IMG/VR virus record: IMGVR_UViG_3300009506_000101
Span: 1 to 56,965 of that record
Reading direction: 5' to 3' (one strand)
Length of the DNA stretch: 56,965 nt
Origin: a virus
Lineage: Duplodnaviria > Caudoviricetes
Below are positions 26,551-35,349 of the stretch, in pieces. How positions within the stretch are numbered: position 1 is the first letter of the stretch; each line of letters begins with the position of its first letter. The notes below the pieces were generated by a model, which saw only the letters and a program-made list of their open reading frames with translations, did not search any database and had not been told where the DNA came from. The position numbers and the translations under genes are program-made.

Positions 26551-27171
26551 TCAACGAACGGGTTCGTCGGGAAGCGGCTGGAGATTTTCAGCCTCTAGCA
26601 GCTCCAGAAGTGCAGCAGAAAGCCTGAGGGCCCGGTTTCTCGCGGCGCCGTCCAGCTCCCCGACCGCGCCCCCCAGGATGGCCCACGCGAGCCCCTCGAG
26701 CTGCTCGTCGGTCGGCACCGGGTAGAGCGGCGACGTCAGGGCCACGACCTCCTCGAGCGCGTCCCACAGCCGCCTGATGGTGCCGCGCCGGAGCGCCATC
26801 CCGATCGTGTCCTCGACTACCGGGAAGGACTCGTGAGCCCGGAGGGCGTCGTTTGGGTCGCAGACGGCGCGCGCGACCCCGATGCGCATCAGGGCCTCGT
26901 TGAAAGCCTCGATCCACCTCTCCTGGTAGATCGAGCCCGGGCCCATGAGGGCCTGATCCTTGACCTCTGGCGCGGCGCGCGTCGCGTCCTGCTGCGCTTC
27001 CTTGATGGCCGACTGCTCGTCATTCTCGGACAGCCGCCGGAGCCCGATCGCGATCGCGTACTTGGGGCGGTCCCGCCAGGTGTCGCAGAAGTCCTCGGGC
27101 TGGAGCAGCAGGACCCTGGCGGGCTTGACCGGGTCCTTCGAGGCCGGCGACCGGAAGGCCGAGAGGTTCAT
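26551..27171 (-). CDS. tail assembly chaperone paralog 2
   Basis: IGLRRLS / VCDPND / LWDALE..TSP parallel VGLRALT / CVDPDD / LFEQLE..THP of the upstream gene. Confidence 0.65.
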   Translation of the reverse strand: MNLSAFRSPASKDPVKPARVLLLQPEDFCDTWRDRPKYAIAIGLRRLSENDEQSAIKEAQQDATRAAPEVKDQALMGPGSIYQERWIEAFNEALMRIGVARAVCDPNDALRAHESFPVVEDTIGMALRRGTIRRLWDALEEVVALTSPLYPVPTDEQLEGLAWAILGGAVGELDGAARNRALRLSAALLELLEAENLQPLPDEPVR

Positions 27172-27863
27172 CTCCGCCCCCTACCAGTCTGCTTTCGGGC
27201 CGCGCCCCTGACCTTTGGCCGCGTTGGCGAGGTCTTCGAGCTCTTTTTCGGTGCCGCTTTCTCGGAACCAGACCCAGAGTTGGAACCAAGAAAGTTCAGA
27301 AGCAGGGACGCCATAAAACGCGCGCAACGGAACTGCATACCGGCACGCAATCCGGTAAAAAAACGGAAGGCCGAGCCCTCCTCGCCGGCCAGCTCCGCAA
27401 CCGCGACATTCATTTCCTCGATCGAGAGCGTGAGGCGCTGCGGGTGCGTCTCGTCCTGCCAGGCCTCCAGCTGCTCGAACAGGTACGCGATCCCGTCGCG
27501 GCCCAAGTCCACGCTGTTGAGGATTTGGTCCAGTCCGCCGTCGAAGAACGGGCCATGCTGCGGGTCGTCTGGGTCCACGCAGCCGATGAGCAGCGCGTTC
27601 GCCATGCGGCCGAGCTCGTACCGCTCGCTCGCCTTGTCGGCCTCGAACTCAGCAGCGAGCCTGAGCACCTCGGCCCACTCGGATCCGGTCAACGCCCGTA
27701 GCCCGACGTCTGGCGCATCCTGCGCAGAAACGCCGGCCTCCTGCTGGGCCTCGGCCAGCTCCCGGGGGAGCGGACCGCCGAGCAGATGACCGGCGTTGCA
27801 GATGGGTAGTTTGACGCGCCGGATCGCGCGCCTGCCCTGAATGAGTTGGCTTGCCTTTGCCAC
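27168..27863 (-). CDS. tail assembly chaperone (G) with predicted -1 frameshift product ending at 27181
   Basis: Follows tail tube; slippery T TTT TTT at 27363-27357. Confidence 0.8.
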   Translation of the reverse strand: MAKASQLIQGRRAIRRVKLPICNAGHLLGGPLPRELAEAQQEAGVSAQDAPDVGLRALTGSEWAEVLRLAAEFEADKASERYELGRMANALLIGCVDPDDPQHGPFFDGGLDQILNSVDLGRDGIAYLFEQLEAWQDETHPQRLTLSIEEMNVAVAELAGEEGSAFRFFTGLRAGMQFRCARFMASLLLNFLGSNSGSGSEKAAPKKSSKTSPTRPKVRGAARKQTGRGRR

Positions 27864-27891
27864 CGGTCACCCCGTTGGTTTTGGCCCGCCG

Positions 27892-28269
27892 TCAGCCGCC
27901 GACGATCTTCGGCGGAGGACCGCGGAACGTGTAGGAGCCCGTGTGGGTTCCGTTCTGTGCCGACCAGGTCGTTTCGGCCGCCGTGACGGCCATGTTCTTG
28001 ATCTGGTGGATCTTGCCCTCGATGGTCGCGACCGCGACCTCGACGCGTCCGCGCCGCAGCATGATGGCGATCAGGTCCGCGCCAGTCGACCCGATGGGCT
28101 CGATCGTGTTGGCCGTGATCTCCGTCATGAAGGGTGCCTCGGACTCGCCGCTGTAGCCATCGTCGTTGAACTGGGCTTCCGATGCCGAGCTCGGGCGATA
28201 GGTCCCGCCCGTCGCCTTGCCGATCTTGCGGCCGTCGAGGTAGATGTGCGCGTGCTGGTAGCGTGCCAT
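27892..28269 (-). CDS. tail tube protein
   Basis: 125 aa beta-rich protein directly after sheath; GGAGG RBS. Confidence 0.85.
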   Translation of the reverse strand: MARYQHAHIYLDGRKIGKATGGTYRPSSASEAQFNDDGYSGESEAPFMTEITANTIEPIGSTGADLIAIMLRRGRVEVAVATIEGKIHQIKNMAVTAAETTWSAQNGTHTGSYTFRGPPPKIVGG

Positions 28270-28414
28270 TTGTGTTGGACCTCCTCACGACGGCATTGCC
28301 GACATGGGCTGGAGTAGGATGCCGCCCCTGAGCCCCCGGGGTGAGAGGGCCCTTGACGCGGGGGACGGCCTGGCCGCGGAGTTTGGGAGGAAACGAGGAA
28401 CTGCAGAGGCGAGG

Positions 28415-29926
28415 CTAAGAGGCGATCTGCCGGATCGACATCGCGACCTGCGCGTTGATGCGCCTCACCACGCACGGGATAGCGGTCACGATCCGGTGGG
28501 AGTCCGAGTCCCAGGCGGACGTCGGCGGGTAATCGGCCACGTCCTGGATCCAGCCGCGGTTGTCCTGGAAGTCGATCAGATCGCTGTAGACCTGCGCGTT
28601 CCAGAGGGCCGGGTAGGCCACGCCGGACGGCACGTTCTCGCCCTCGGCGGGGTCGTCCTGCACGGCTGGGTTTGCGGCCGCGAACACGTCCCAGGTCGCG
28701 ATCTCTTCCTTCCGGATCCGGTCCGGAACGATCGCGTCGTTGAGGTCGTAGCAGCGGTAATCGGGGCTCGTGCCGTTGAGGCAGTGCGTCACGATGGCGC
28801 GCACGATCTGACACTCTCCAGCGACACTCGTGACGGGCGAGAGCCCGTTGTTGAGCGCGGCCTTGAGCTCCGCATGGGTCGCGACGGCTGGTCCGTAGCG
28901 CTTCGGCTTCGCGGCGCGGAGCTGCGTCCCGATGTAGTTCTGCCAGGGCTCGGAGCCCTCGCGGCTCGCCCGAATGGCCCCGAACTCCGCCGCCCACTCG
29001 GACGGGTGCGCCTCCTGATACTCATCCCACAGCATGCAGACGCGGTAGGCGTTGAGCGTGGTGGCCGAGCGGCTGATGGCGGTCGCGTACGCCTGGTTGG
29101 TCGCGCACACGACATGCTCGAGGTGTCCGATGGTCGAGATGGCCTGGGCGTCGACGTGCGCCTCGATGGCGGCCAGTGACGTCGCGTCGTTGAAGCCACT
29201 GACGATGTAGTCGTACTCGTCGGCTTCCAGCAGACCCAGGAGCGTCGTTAGGGTCGGGGCGCCGGCCCCGTTGATCATGGGGTAGAGGCCGCCCGTGCCC
29301 GCCACCGGGCTGCCCTCGAGCGTGACGGTCAGGCCGCTGGGGGCATGGGAGGTGTCGACCCCGACGTAGTACTGAACGCCGTGCTCGCCCTTGTTCTGGA
29401 TGACGAGCGTCGCGACCGGGCTCGCATCCGTGACGGCCCATGGCGCGTTCGCATCGGCCTCCACGACCGTCTCGATGCGGGCCACGACGGCCGCGATGTT
29501 GTCGGTCGCGCCCACGACGATCAGGTAGGGGCGGCCCCCGACGTAGAGCGTGAAGTAGCCGGATGTCGACCACGCGCCGCCGATCGTGACGTCCAGATCG
29601 CCAACGACACCGCCGCCAGCCTCAGCGGTCGGGGCTCCCCAGAACTCGGCCCCGCCTTCCCCGACGGCCCCGAAGGCAGCGGAGAACATGGCCGCGAGTT
29701 GGCTGCGGGCGCCATAGAGGCCATCGGCCTCAGCCTGGCCCGGCACCATGTCGACGTCCTGGTCTACCGTCGCGGTACCGCCCGCCAGCTTGTACCCGAT
29801 CATCAGGCACTTGACCGGGAAGCTGCCGATCGATACCCGGCCCTGGCCGAACTTCGTTTCCGCGTACGCGCCCGGGACCTTGTCGTCACCGGTCAGACCC
29901 TCAACGACAATGAGAAATCCAGACAT
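28415..29926 (-). CDS. tail sheath protein (Mu gpL-like)
   Basis: VPGAYAE, LYGARSQLAAM, NKGEHG, NGAGAP, ALNNGLSP, IVRAI. Confidence 0.93.
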   Translation of the reverse strand: MSGFLIVVEGLTGDDKVPGAYAETKFGQGRVSIGSFPVKCLMIGYKLAGGTATVDQDVDMVPGQAEADGLYGARSQLAAMFSAAFGAVGEGGAEFWGAPTAEAGGGVVGDLDVTIGGAWSTSGYFTLYVGGRPYLIVVGATDNIAAVVARIETVVEADANAPWAVTDASPVATLVIQNKGEHGVQYYVGVDTSHAPSGLTVTLEGSPVAGTGGLYPMINGAGAPTLTTLLGLLEADEYDYIVSGFNDATSLAAIEAHVDAQAISTIGHLEHVVCATNQAYATAISRSATTLNAYRVCMLWDEYQEAHPSEWAAEFGAIRASREGSEPWQNYIGTQLRAAKPKRYGPAVATHAELKAALNNGLSPVTSVAGECQIVRAIVTHCLNGTSPDYRCYDLNDAIVPDRIRKEEIATWDVFAAANPAVQDDPAEGENVPSGVAYPALWNAQVYSDLIDFQDNRGWIQDVADYPPTSAWDSDSHRIVTAIPCVVRRINAQVAMSIRQIAS

Positions 29927-30618
29927 CAGTCGTCACTCCTGCCGGCACCCTTCGGCGCCTTCGTGGTTGCGCCAGCTGCGGCCGGCGTCGGGGTTGGTGC
30001 CTTCGTGCTTTCGGTGCGCCGCTTTGCTTCGAGCTCGTCAGCGACGACCTTGAGTGTGGGGTTCAGCTGCCCGGCCTTCACGAGCGCCAAAACGTGTCCC
30101 TTCACGAGCGCCTCTACGCGCGCGATGCCGGCGAGGTCCAGGGTCCTGAGTCCAGCCCGCTGGAGCTCCACCAGGTAGGCGGGCTCGATGAACGGCACGT
30201 TCGCCAGTCGGGCCGTAGCGGCGTCGGCCGCCAAGAGCTCACACCGCAGGATACGCTTGCGGTAGTAGGTCGTGTAGGGCAGGCGCGTGGGCTTGCCCGC
30301 GAACAGCCGCTCTGGCGAGTCCTTCAGGTCTTGCGCGGTAGCGCCCTGGTAGGAGAACGAGTTCACTTGCCGGCCCGTCTTGACCGTGATCTCGATCTCC
30401 TTCTGGCTGAACCGACCACGGAGCTTTTTCGTCACCTCTTGCCGCAACACCTTGGCGGTACGGTTCGCCCCCACGAACTCGTTGATGTCGAGGTGGTGGT
30501 CGCAGTCGAGCGGAATGGCGCCTACCGGGTTGCCGTCGCCATCGAGCGCGCACCACGGATTCGGATAGACGTTCAGTCGCTCGGGTTCGGTCGCGTCGAT
30601 GGGTTGTGTGTTCGGCAT
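29926..30618 (-). CDS. hypothetical protein (sheath-adjacent; TTYYRKRILRCEL resembles DUF2635-type motif)
   Basis: Coupled to sheath gene (TGATG). Confidence 0.7.
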   Translation of the reverse strand: MPNTQPIDATEPERLNVYPNPWCALDGDGNPVGAIPLDCDHHLDINEFVGANRTAKVLRQEVTKKLRGRFSQKEIEITVKTGRQVNSFSYQGATAQDLKDSPERLFAGKPTRLPYTTYYRKRILRCELLAADAATARLANVPFIEPAYLVELQRAGLRTLDLAGIARVEALVKGHVLALVKAGQLNPTLKVVADELEAKRRTESTKAPTPTPAAAGATTKAPKGAGRSDD

Positions 30619-30640
30619 TGGTTTCTTTCACCCCGTTGTT

Positions 30641-31195
30641 TCAGCCCCAGAGGGCCTGTAGCTGGTAAAACCCGCGGTCGAGTTCCTGGACGAGCCACGA
30701 CTCCGCGTGGTCGCGGGCCGGTTTCATGAATGGGTAGGGCTTGCCGCCCGGGTGGTGCACCATGTAGGCGAAGACTGCCTGGCCCTCGTTGCCGGGCGTG
30801 CCGTCTCCGCCCACGAACCACCTGAGCTTCACCCGGTGGGTCCCGATGTCGTCCAGCTCCCGGCGGCCTTGGCTGCGGCGGAGCGGCCCCACGAATCCGT
30901 GCCCTTCCTTGGGCCAGATCTCGTGAGCCCGCGTCCCCTCCTCGACGAACCGCGAGTAGAACATGGGCGAGACGAACCAGCACTCGGCCGTCTTGGGCGT
31001 GAAGGCCCCGGGCTCCGCGTGAATCGAGCCCCTGAGCTGGCCAGTCCGGTCCTGGAATGGCCCGTACTGCTTGGCGTGCGCAACTGCCTTGGCGGCCGCG
31101 CCCGTCACGCCGATCGACATCTGGTGAGCCAGTACCAGCTTGGTGTTGCGGAGCGCGGCGTCGAAGCCGGTGAAGTCTACGTCGACACGGAACAT
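30641..31195 (-). CDS. neck / HK97 gp10-like tail completion protein
   Basis: DRTGQLRGSI, YSRFVEEGTRAHEI, VHHPGGKPYPFMKPA. Confidence 0.85.
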   Translation of the reverse strand: MFRVDVDFTGFDAALRNTKLVLAHQMSIGVTGAAAKAVAHAKQYGPFQDRTGQLRGSIHAEPGAFTPKTAECWFVSPMFYSRFVEEGTRAHEIWPKEGHGFVGPLRRSQGRRELDDIGTHRVKLRWFVGGDGTPGNEGQAVFAYMVHHPGGKPYPFMKPARDHAESWLVQELDRGFYQLQALWG

Positions 31196-31434
31196 ACGCC
31201 GAGGTGTCGGCAGCGATCGAGGAAGATTCCGAATGCCATCGCGGTCCCGCAGCCCATGACGTTCAGGCTCGTGCGGAACGAGACGTGCTTCATGTACTTC
31301 CGTTTGCCCGCGACCATGTCGTACTGCTTGACCCAGTCGAGGCCGCCTCGGACACGAGTCCCGCCCACGATGCGGCAGAGCTGCTCCACGCCCTCGAGAA
31401 ACGGTAGCGCCTTGGGCTTATCGGTGGGCGTCAC
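31177..31434 (-). CDS. hypothetical protein
   Basis: Coupled ORF in late operon. Confidence 0.55.
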   Translation of the reverse strand: MTPTDKPKALPFLEGVEQLCRIVGGTRVRGGLDWVKQYDMVAGKRKYMKHVSFRTSLNVMGCGTAMAFGIFLDRCRHLGVCSVST

Positions 31435-31733
31435 GGCGCCGGCTCCTCGGGTTGCGGGGGCTCAGGAGCGGGCTCGGGCTTGGCCCTCCACCAGCAGTCG
31501 TCGGCGAATACGGTGCAGACCTGGTCCTCGATCTTCTCCTCGCCTACCGGCAACGTGGGGCGGCTGACCAGCATGGCGATGCAGGTCGGGCACGCGATTA
31601 CCGCGCCCGGTACCCCTACCTCGTGGACCCCGTACGCCATCTCGCCCCGCGAGAGTGGGCGGCCGCAGTAGCACCTGGCGTTAGGTGCCAAGATGGCGCC
31701 GTGCCGGCGGATCTGGATCTTGACCGTCTCCAT
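31431..31733 (-). CDS. hypothetical Zn-finger protein
   Basis: CYCG..CPTC; Pro-rich tail. Confidence 0.55.
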   Translation of the reverse strand: METVKIQIRRHGAILAPNARCYCGRPLSRGEMAYGVHEVGVPGAVIACPTCIAMLVSRPTLPVGEEKIEDQVCTVFADDCWWRAKPEPAPEPPQPEEPAP

Positions 31734-31758
31734 CGTCACCCCGTTGTTGCCGCTCCCG

Positions 31759-32208
31759 TCAGGAGCTCGTTCGCGCGAATGCCGCCAGCCGCGCCACAAC
31801 ATGCTCGGCCGTCGCGTTCGTGTCGTTCGCGTGGTTCTCCATCCGGAGCTCGATGACCTGGCCGGGCTCGACATAGAGCCAGACCGGCAGCGAGGCCGGC
31901 GTGATGTTGGTGTTGCCTGGCTTCGTGTGGACGTGCTCCTGGACGAGGCTCCCGTCGACATGCCACGCGAGCGCGATCTCGCCGGTAGCGGTCGCGTTGA
32001 CCGAAACGGCGCAGTCCGCCATTACGTCAGCGGGCTCGGTCCCGTTGTACGTGACGGCGCATCCCGATGCCTCGAGCTCGAAGATGTCGGTATGGGTTCT
32101 GCTTCCCAGAGCGTACGTGCCTGCAATCGAGTCCCAGGTGCCCGGCCCCGTCAGGTCCGTCTCGGCTGACGCGGTCAGCTCGACCAGGCAGCGGTACAGG
32201 TTAGCCAT
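31759..32208 (-). CDS. virion protein, C1q/BclA-like beta-sandwich
   Basis: LYVEPGQVIELRMEN pattern. Confidence 0.6.
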   Translation of the reverse strand: MANLYRCLVELTASAETDLTGPGTWDSIAGTYALGSRTHTDIFELEASGCAVTYNGTEPADVMADCAVSVNATATGEIALAWHVDGSLVQEHVHTKPGNTNITPASLPVWLYVEPGQVIELRMENHANDTNATAEHVVARLAAFARTSS

Positions 32209-32980
32209 CCATCACCACGGCAGCGCCATCGTGGCGCAGCAGCTCATTATCATACTGGATCGCGCCATCGTCGTCGGGCTCGTAGATGTCGCCGGCGTGC
32301 CTACCGCCCTGGCTGATCTCGGCATCGAGGGCAGCGGCGTAGGTGTAGAGCTCCGTGTCCCAGGTCGCGAGCTCCTCGATGTCGACGCCCGTGGCCAACC
32401 CAGTGAACGTGATGTCGCGGTCGCCGTCGCCGTCCGTCACGTGGGCCGACATCTCGAGTCCGGACCCGCCGGACTTCAGCATCCAGTTGTAGCCAAGCTG
32501 GTCGGGCAGAAAGGAACCTCGGGTCGCCGACAGTGGGTCGGTGTCGCCCGACACGATCCACGACGGGTCCCGCTCCCGGTGCAGCACCAGCGCCATGATC
32601 TTGTCGACGACATGCGCGAACGGGGCCCGGCGGATCGTGACCTCTGGCTGCGCCGGCTCCTCGACCCAGTAGATCGTGATGCGGCTCGTGACCTTGAGGA
32701 CGTCGTCGCTCTCGCGACGCCGCTCCGTGCTGGACCGCCAGAGGTAGAGGGCCGGGAGCCTGGACTCATCGAACAGCCGCTTGGGGTCGTGATAGAAGAC
32801 GTGCTCCACCACGTTGGCGGTCGCGCCGCCGCGCCGGGTCCGCCAAGCCGTGTTGCCATTCCGGTTGATGGCGGCCTTGAGGAACTGCCCGAGCCGCTGG
32901 AGCGTCAGGTCTCCAACGACGTCAGTCGCGAGGCTGGGGGCAACGATCGGGATCTGGGTGATGCCCAGGACGTCGGCCAT
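32201..32980 (-). CDS. tail terminator / head-tail completion protein
   Basis: FDESRLPALYLWR; follows gp36-like gene. Confidence 0.65.
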   Translation of the reverse strand: MADVLGITQIPIVAPSLATDVVGDLTLQRLGQFLKAAINRNGNTAWRTRRGGATANVVEHVFYHDPKRLFDESRLPALYLWRSSTERRRESDDVLKVTSRITIYWVEEPAQPEVTIRRAPFAHVVDKIMALVLHRERDPSWIVSGDTDPLSATRGSFLPDQLGYNWMLKSGGSGLEMSAHVTDGDGDRDITFTGLATGVDIEELATWDTELYTYAAALDAEISQGGRHAGDIYEPDDDGAIQYDNELLRHDGAAVVMDG

Positions 32981-33459
32981 CAGAAGTCACCGAAGCCGTT
33001 CTCGGTGTAGCTATCGGGCTGGTAGTCCTCGTCCGCTAGCCCATAGCCATTCACGACGTAGTCCCCGCCATGGTTGGCACCAGGCTCTGGGGCTCCGTCG
33101 ACATCGAGCCGGGTGTCGCCCTTCCGCAACGACAGCAGCTCACGCTCCGTCGCCTGCCAGAGCGGCAGCCACTCCCGGGACGCTGCCTTTGGGAAGCGCC
33201 GGCACAGCATCGCCTCCGCGATGTCTAGGCAGAGTCGCGTTGCCTCGTGGGGCGGTGTCGTGATCCGGAGAGTCGAGAGCGGGTAGATGCCACGGACGTA
33301 GCTCTCGAAATGCGACTCCGCGTCCTGGATGAGCTGCGTTACGGGATTTGTGTCGGGCGTGCCGTTGTTGTCGTCGTCCATTACGCGCGCTAGCTTCGCG
33401 GCCGACACGCGATCGCTCAGCATGGCTTGCGTGATGTAGTACGGCGACGTCTCGGACAT
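32980..33459 (-). CDS. head-tail adaptor, Mu gp36/DUF1320
   Basis: YITQAML..DAES..SYVRGIYPL..LCLDIA..L.SLRKG. Confidence 0.9.
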   Translation of the reverse strand: MSETSPYYITQAMLSDRVSAAKLARVMDDDNNGTPDTNPVTQLIQDAESHFESYVRGIYPLSTLRITTPPHEATRLCLDIAEAMLCRRFPKAASREWLPLWQATERELLSLRKGDTRLDVDGAPEPGANHGGDYVVNGYGLADEDYQPDSYTENGFGDF

Positions 33460-33462
33460 GGC

Positions 33463-33651
33463 CTAGAGCCTGCGCAGGTTGCCCGGCTGAATGCGGTTGA
33501 GCCGCTTTGCAATCTCGGCCGGCAACTCCACCTTCGCGCCTTTGCGGTAGAGCTTGCCGGCATGTACGAAGCTCGCATCCCCCACGACCTCATAGGTTGC
33601 GGGCTTGGAAGTGTCGGTCTGCTGTTGTTGCGGATTCGGATTGTTCGCCAT
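33463..33651 (-). CDS. small head-completion protein (Mu gp35-like)
   Basis: HAGKLYRKGAKVELPAEIAKRL directly after MCP. Confidence 0.65.
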   Translation of the reverse strand: MANNPNPQQQQTDTSKPATYEVVGDASFVHAGKLYRKGAKVELPAEIAKRLNRIQPGNLRRL

Positions 33652-33745
33652 TTCGTGCACCCCGTGGAAAGTGGATGGCAGACGGCTTTTGCGCGCGGTC
33701 TGCCAGCGCGCATTGTATTGCAGCCTATCGGCTGAATCCTTCCAA

Positions 33746-34864
33746 TCAGGTCAGGACGGTCGTCAGGAGGTACCCGCAGTCCGAGCACACGACCTTGACC
33801 ACGTCCGCGTCAGCGGCCTGCGTCCAGTACCCACCCTTGCCGCCGCGGCCGTTCTCGAACCACGTCAGCTGAGTCGGGCTCTGAACGAACGTGGTCCCGA
33901 ACGATGCGCTTCTCCGCGACGGGCGCGCCGCGACCCTCACGAGCCCGAACACGTTCGACCACAGGTTCGTCCACGTGGCGGAGCTCTGGTTCTCGTTGGC
34001 GGCGTCATACTGCCCGTATCCCACGAGGTAGTCGTCGACCTCGAAGTAGGCAGCCAGCATCTCGCGCGTCGCCTGCATGGGCGCGTTGCCGCCATACTTG
34101 AACGTGTCCAGGATGACGGGGTGCCGCTTCAGGATGCGGTGCACGTCCCAGCTGGTGAAGGCCACGAGCCTGGTCTGCTGGGTGCCGCGCCAGATCGAGG
34201 CCTTGATGGCGTCCACGTCCTTGCCGGGGTTGCCGCCAGTGGGGCTGTTCCACGTGATGCTGGGCGCGCTCGTGTTGGTCCCGTAGTTGCTGGACGTACA
34301 CAGCACCGTCGCCTGAGCGGACTCGCGCTTGAGCGCCATCCCGTCCAGCACGTTCAGCATGGGATCGATCATGTCCTGGATGATGGAGTCGAACATCGAC
34401 TCGTCCCAGCTGTCCAGGAACTCCTTGAGGGCCCGCTTCACCATCGTGGCGGTGTCGCTCTCGATTCCTTCCGAGACCTGATTGACCGCGCCCTCGGAAT
34501 TGACGGTCGTGTCGGGGATGTGGAACTTGGTGCGCTTCGGGTACTTCCAGAACTGCAGCCCAAGGCCCTTGCTGGTCGGGACCACGTACTCGGGCACCAG
34601 ACGCGACCCGATGAACTCGTCGTTCGCATACATGACCGACAGATCTTGCAAGATCTGGACGGTCGTGGTCGTGCCGGGCGTCAGGTTCCGGATGCGGTCA
34701 TTCGCGGCCTTCCATTCGTCGGCCTTGGTCGGGTCCGACACCATGGTGCGAAGCGCGCCCAGGTACTTGTCCAGCGCCAGGCCCTTGGCCGTGCGGGCCA
34801 CGGGGAACTCGTCCGTATCCCGGAACGCGGCCGCGGGGAGCGGTTGATTGAATCTGGTCGACAT
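33746..34864 (-). CDS. major capsid protein
   Basis: LQDLSVMYANDEFIGSRLVP, W..LKRHP.I, GYLLTTV; 372 aa after cement gene. Confidence 0.9.
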   Translation of the reverse strand: MSTRFNQPLPAAAFRDTDEFPVARTAKGLALDKYLGALRTMVSDPTKADEWKAANDRIRNLTPGTTTTVQILQDLSVMYANDEFIGSRLVPEYVVPTSKGLGLQFWKYPKRTKFHIPDTTVNSEGAVNQVSEGIESDTATMVKRALKEFLDSWDESMFDSIIQDMIDPMLNVLDGMALKRESAQATVLCTSSNYGTNTSAPSITWNSPTGGNPGKDVDAIKASIWRGTQQTRLVAFTSWDVHRILKRHPVILDTFKYGGNAPMQATREMLAAYFEVDDYLVGYGQYDAANENQSSATWTNLWSNVFGLVRVAARPSRRSASFGTTFVQSPTQLTWFENGRGGKGGYWTQAADADVVKVVCSDCGYLLTTVLT

Positions 34865-34899
34865 TGTCGTTGACTCCTTTGCGCTTCAGTCGGCCGCTC

Positions 34900-35349
34900 T
34901 CACGTGCCGGTGTGGAAGGCCCTGTTTTCGCCGAGGTAGCAACCGACGAGGTCGCCCGATACGCCGGTCGCCATGGCGCGCCCGACGGCGTTCGCGAGCG
35001 TAGTTCCGGGCGCCGTCCTGGCGGCCGTGTCCACGACCCCACCAGAAGCCGGCACCACGATGGCCCGAACCGTGCACCCAGCCGCCGCGACCCTGACGGG
35101 CACGACGCAGGGAGACCCGAGCCGAACGATCCCGATCTTCTTGCCAGCCGTCGCCGGCCAGGCGGACTCGTAGCTCAGATAGGCCACGCCCTCGATCTCG
35201 TCGGTCGCGGCCGTGGCCTCGATGTAGCCGGCCGTCCCGTACACAACCGGCATGCCCTGCCGGACCGTCTCGGTTCCGGCCGTGTTGTCGACCGTCACCT
35301 GGTCGATGAACCCGAGGGATTCGATCTCGGCTCGTCTCGCGATGGTCAT
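34900..35349 (-). CDS. capsid cement/decoration protein (DUF2190-like)
   Basis: AATDEIEGVA, VGRAMATGVSGDLV. Confidence 0.8.
   Translation of the reverse strand: MTIARRAEIESLGFIDQVTVDNTAGTETVRQGMPVVYGTAGYIEATAATDEIEGVAYLSYESAWPATAGKKIGIVRLGSPCVVPVRVAAAGCTVRAIVVPASGGVVDTAARTAPGTTLANAVGRAMATGVSGDLVGCYLGENRAFHTGT

Noticed and set aside
33746-33748. Stop-codon readthrough of MCP stimulated by the downstream pseudoknot
   Set aside because: An in-frame TAG follows after only six codons and the pseudoknot begins more than 30 nt from the stop
33605-34873. Long + strand ORFs opposite structural genes (also 31901-33010, 26833-27789, 42475-43446)
   Set aside because: Typical antisense open frames in high-GC coding DNA; no recognisable motifs
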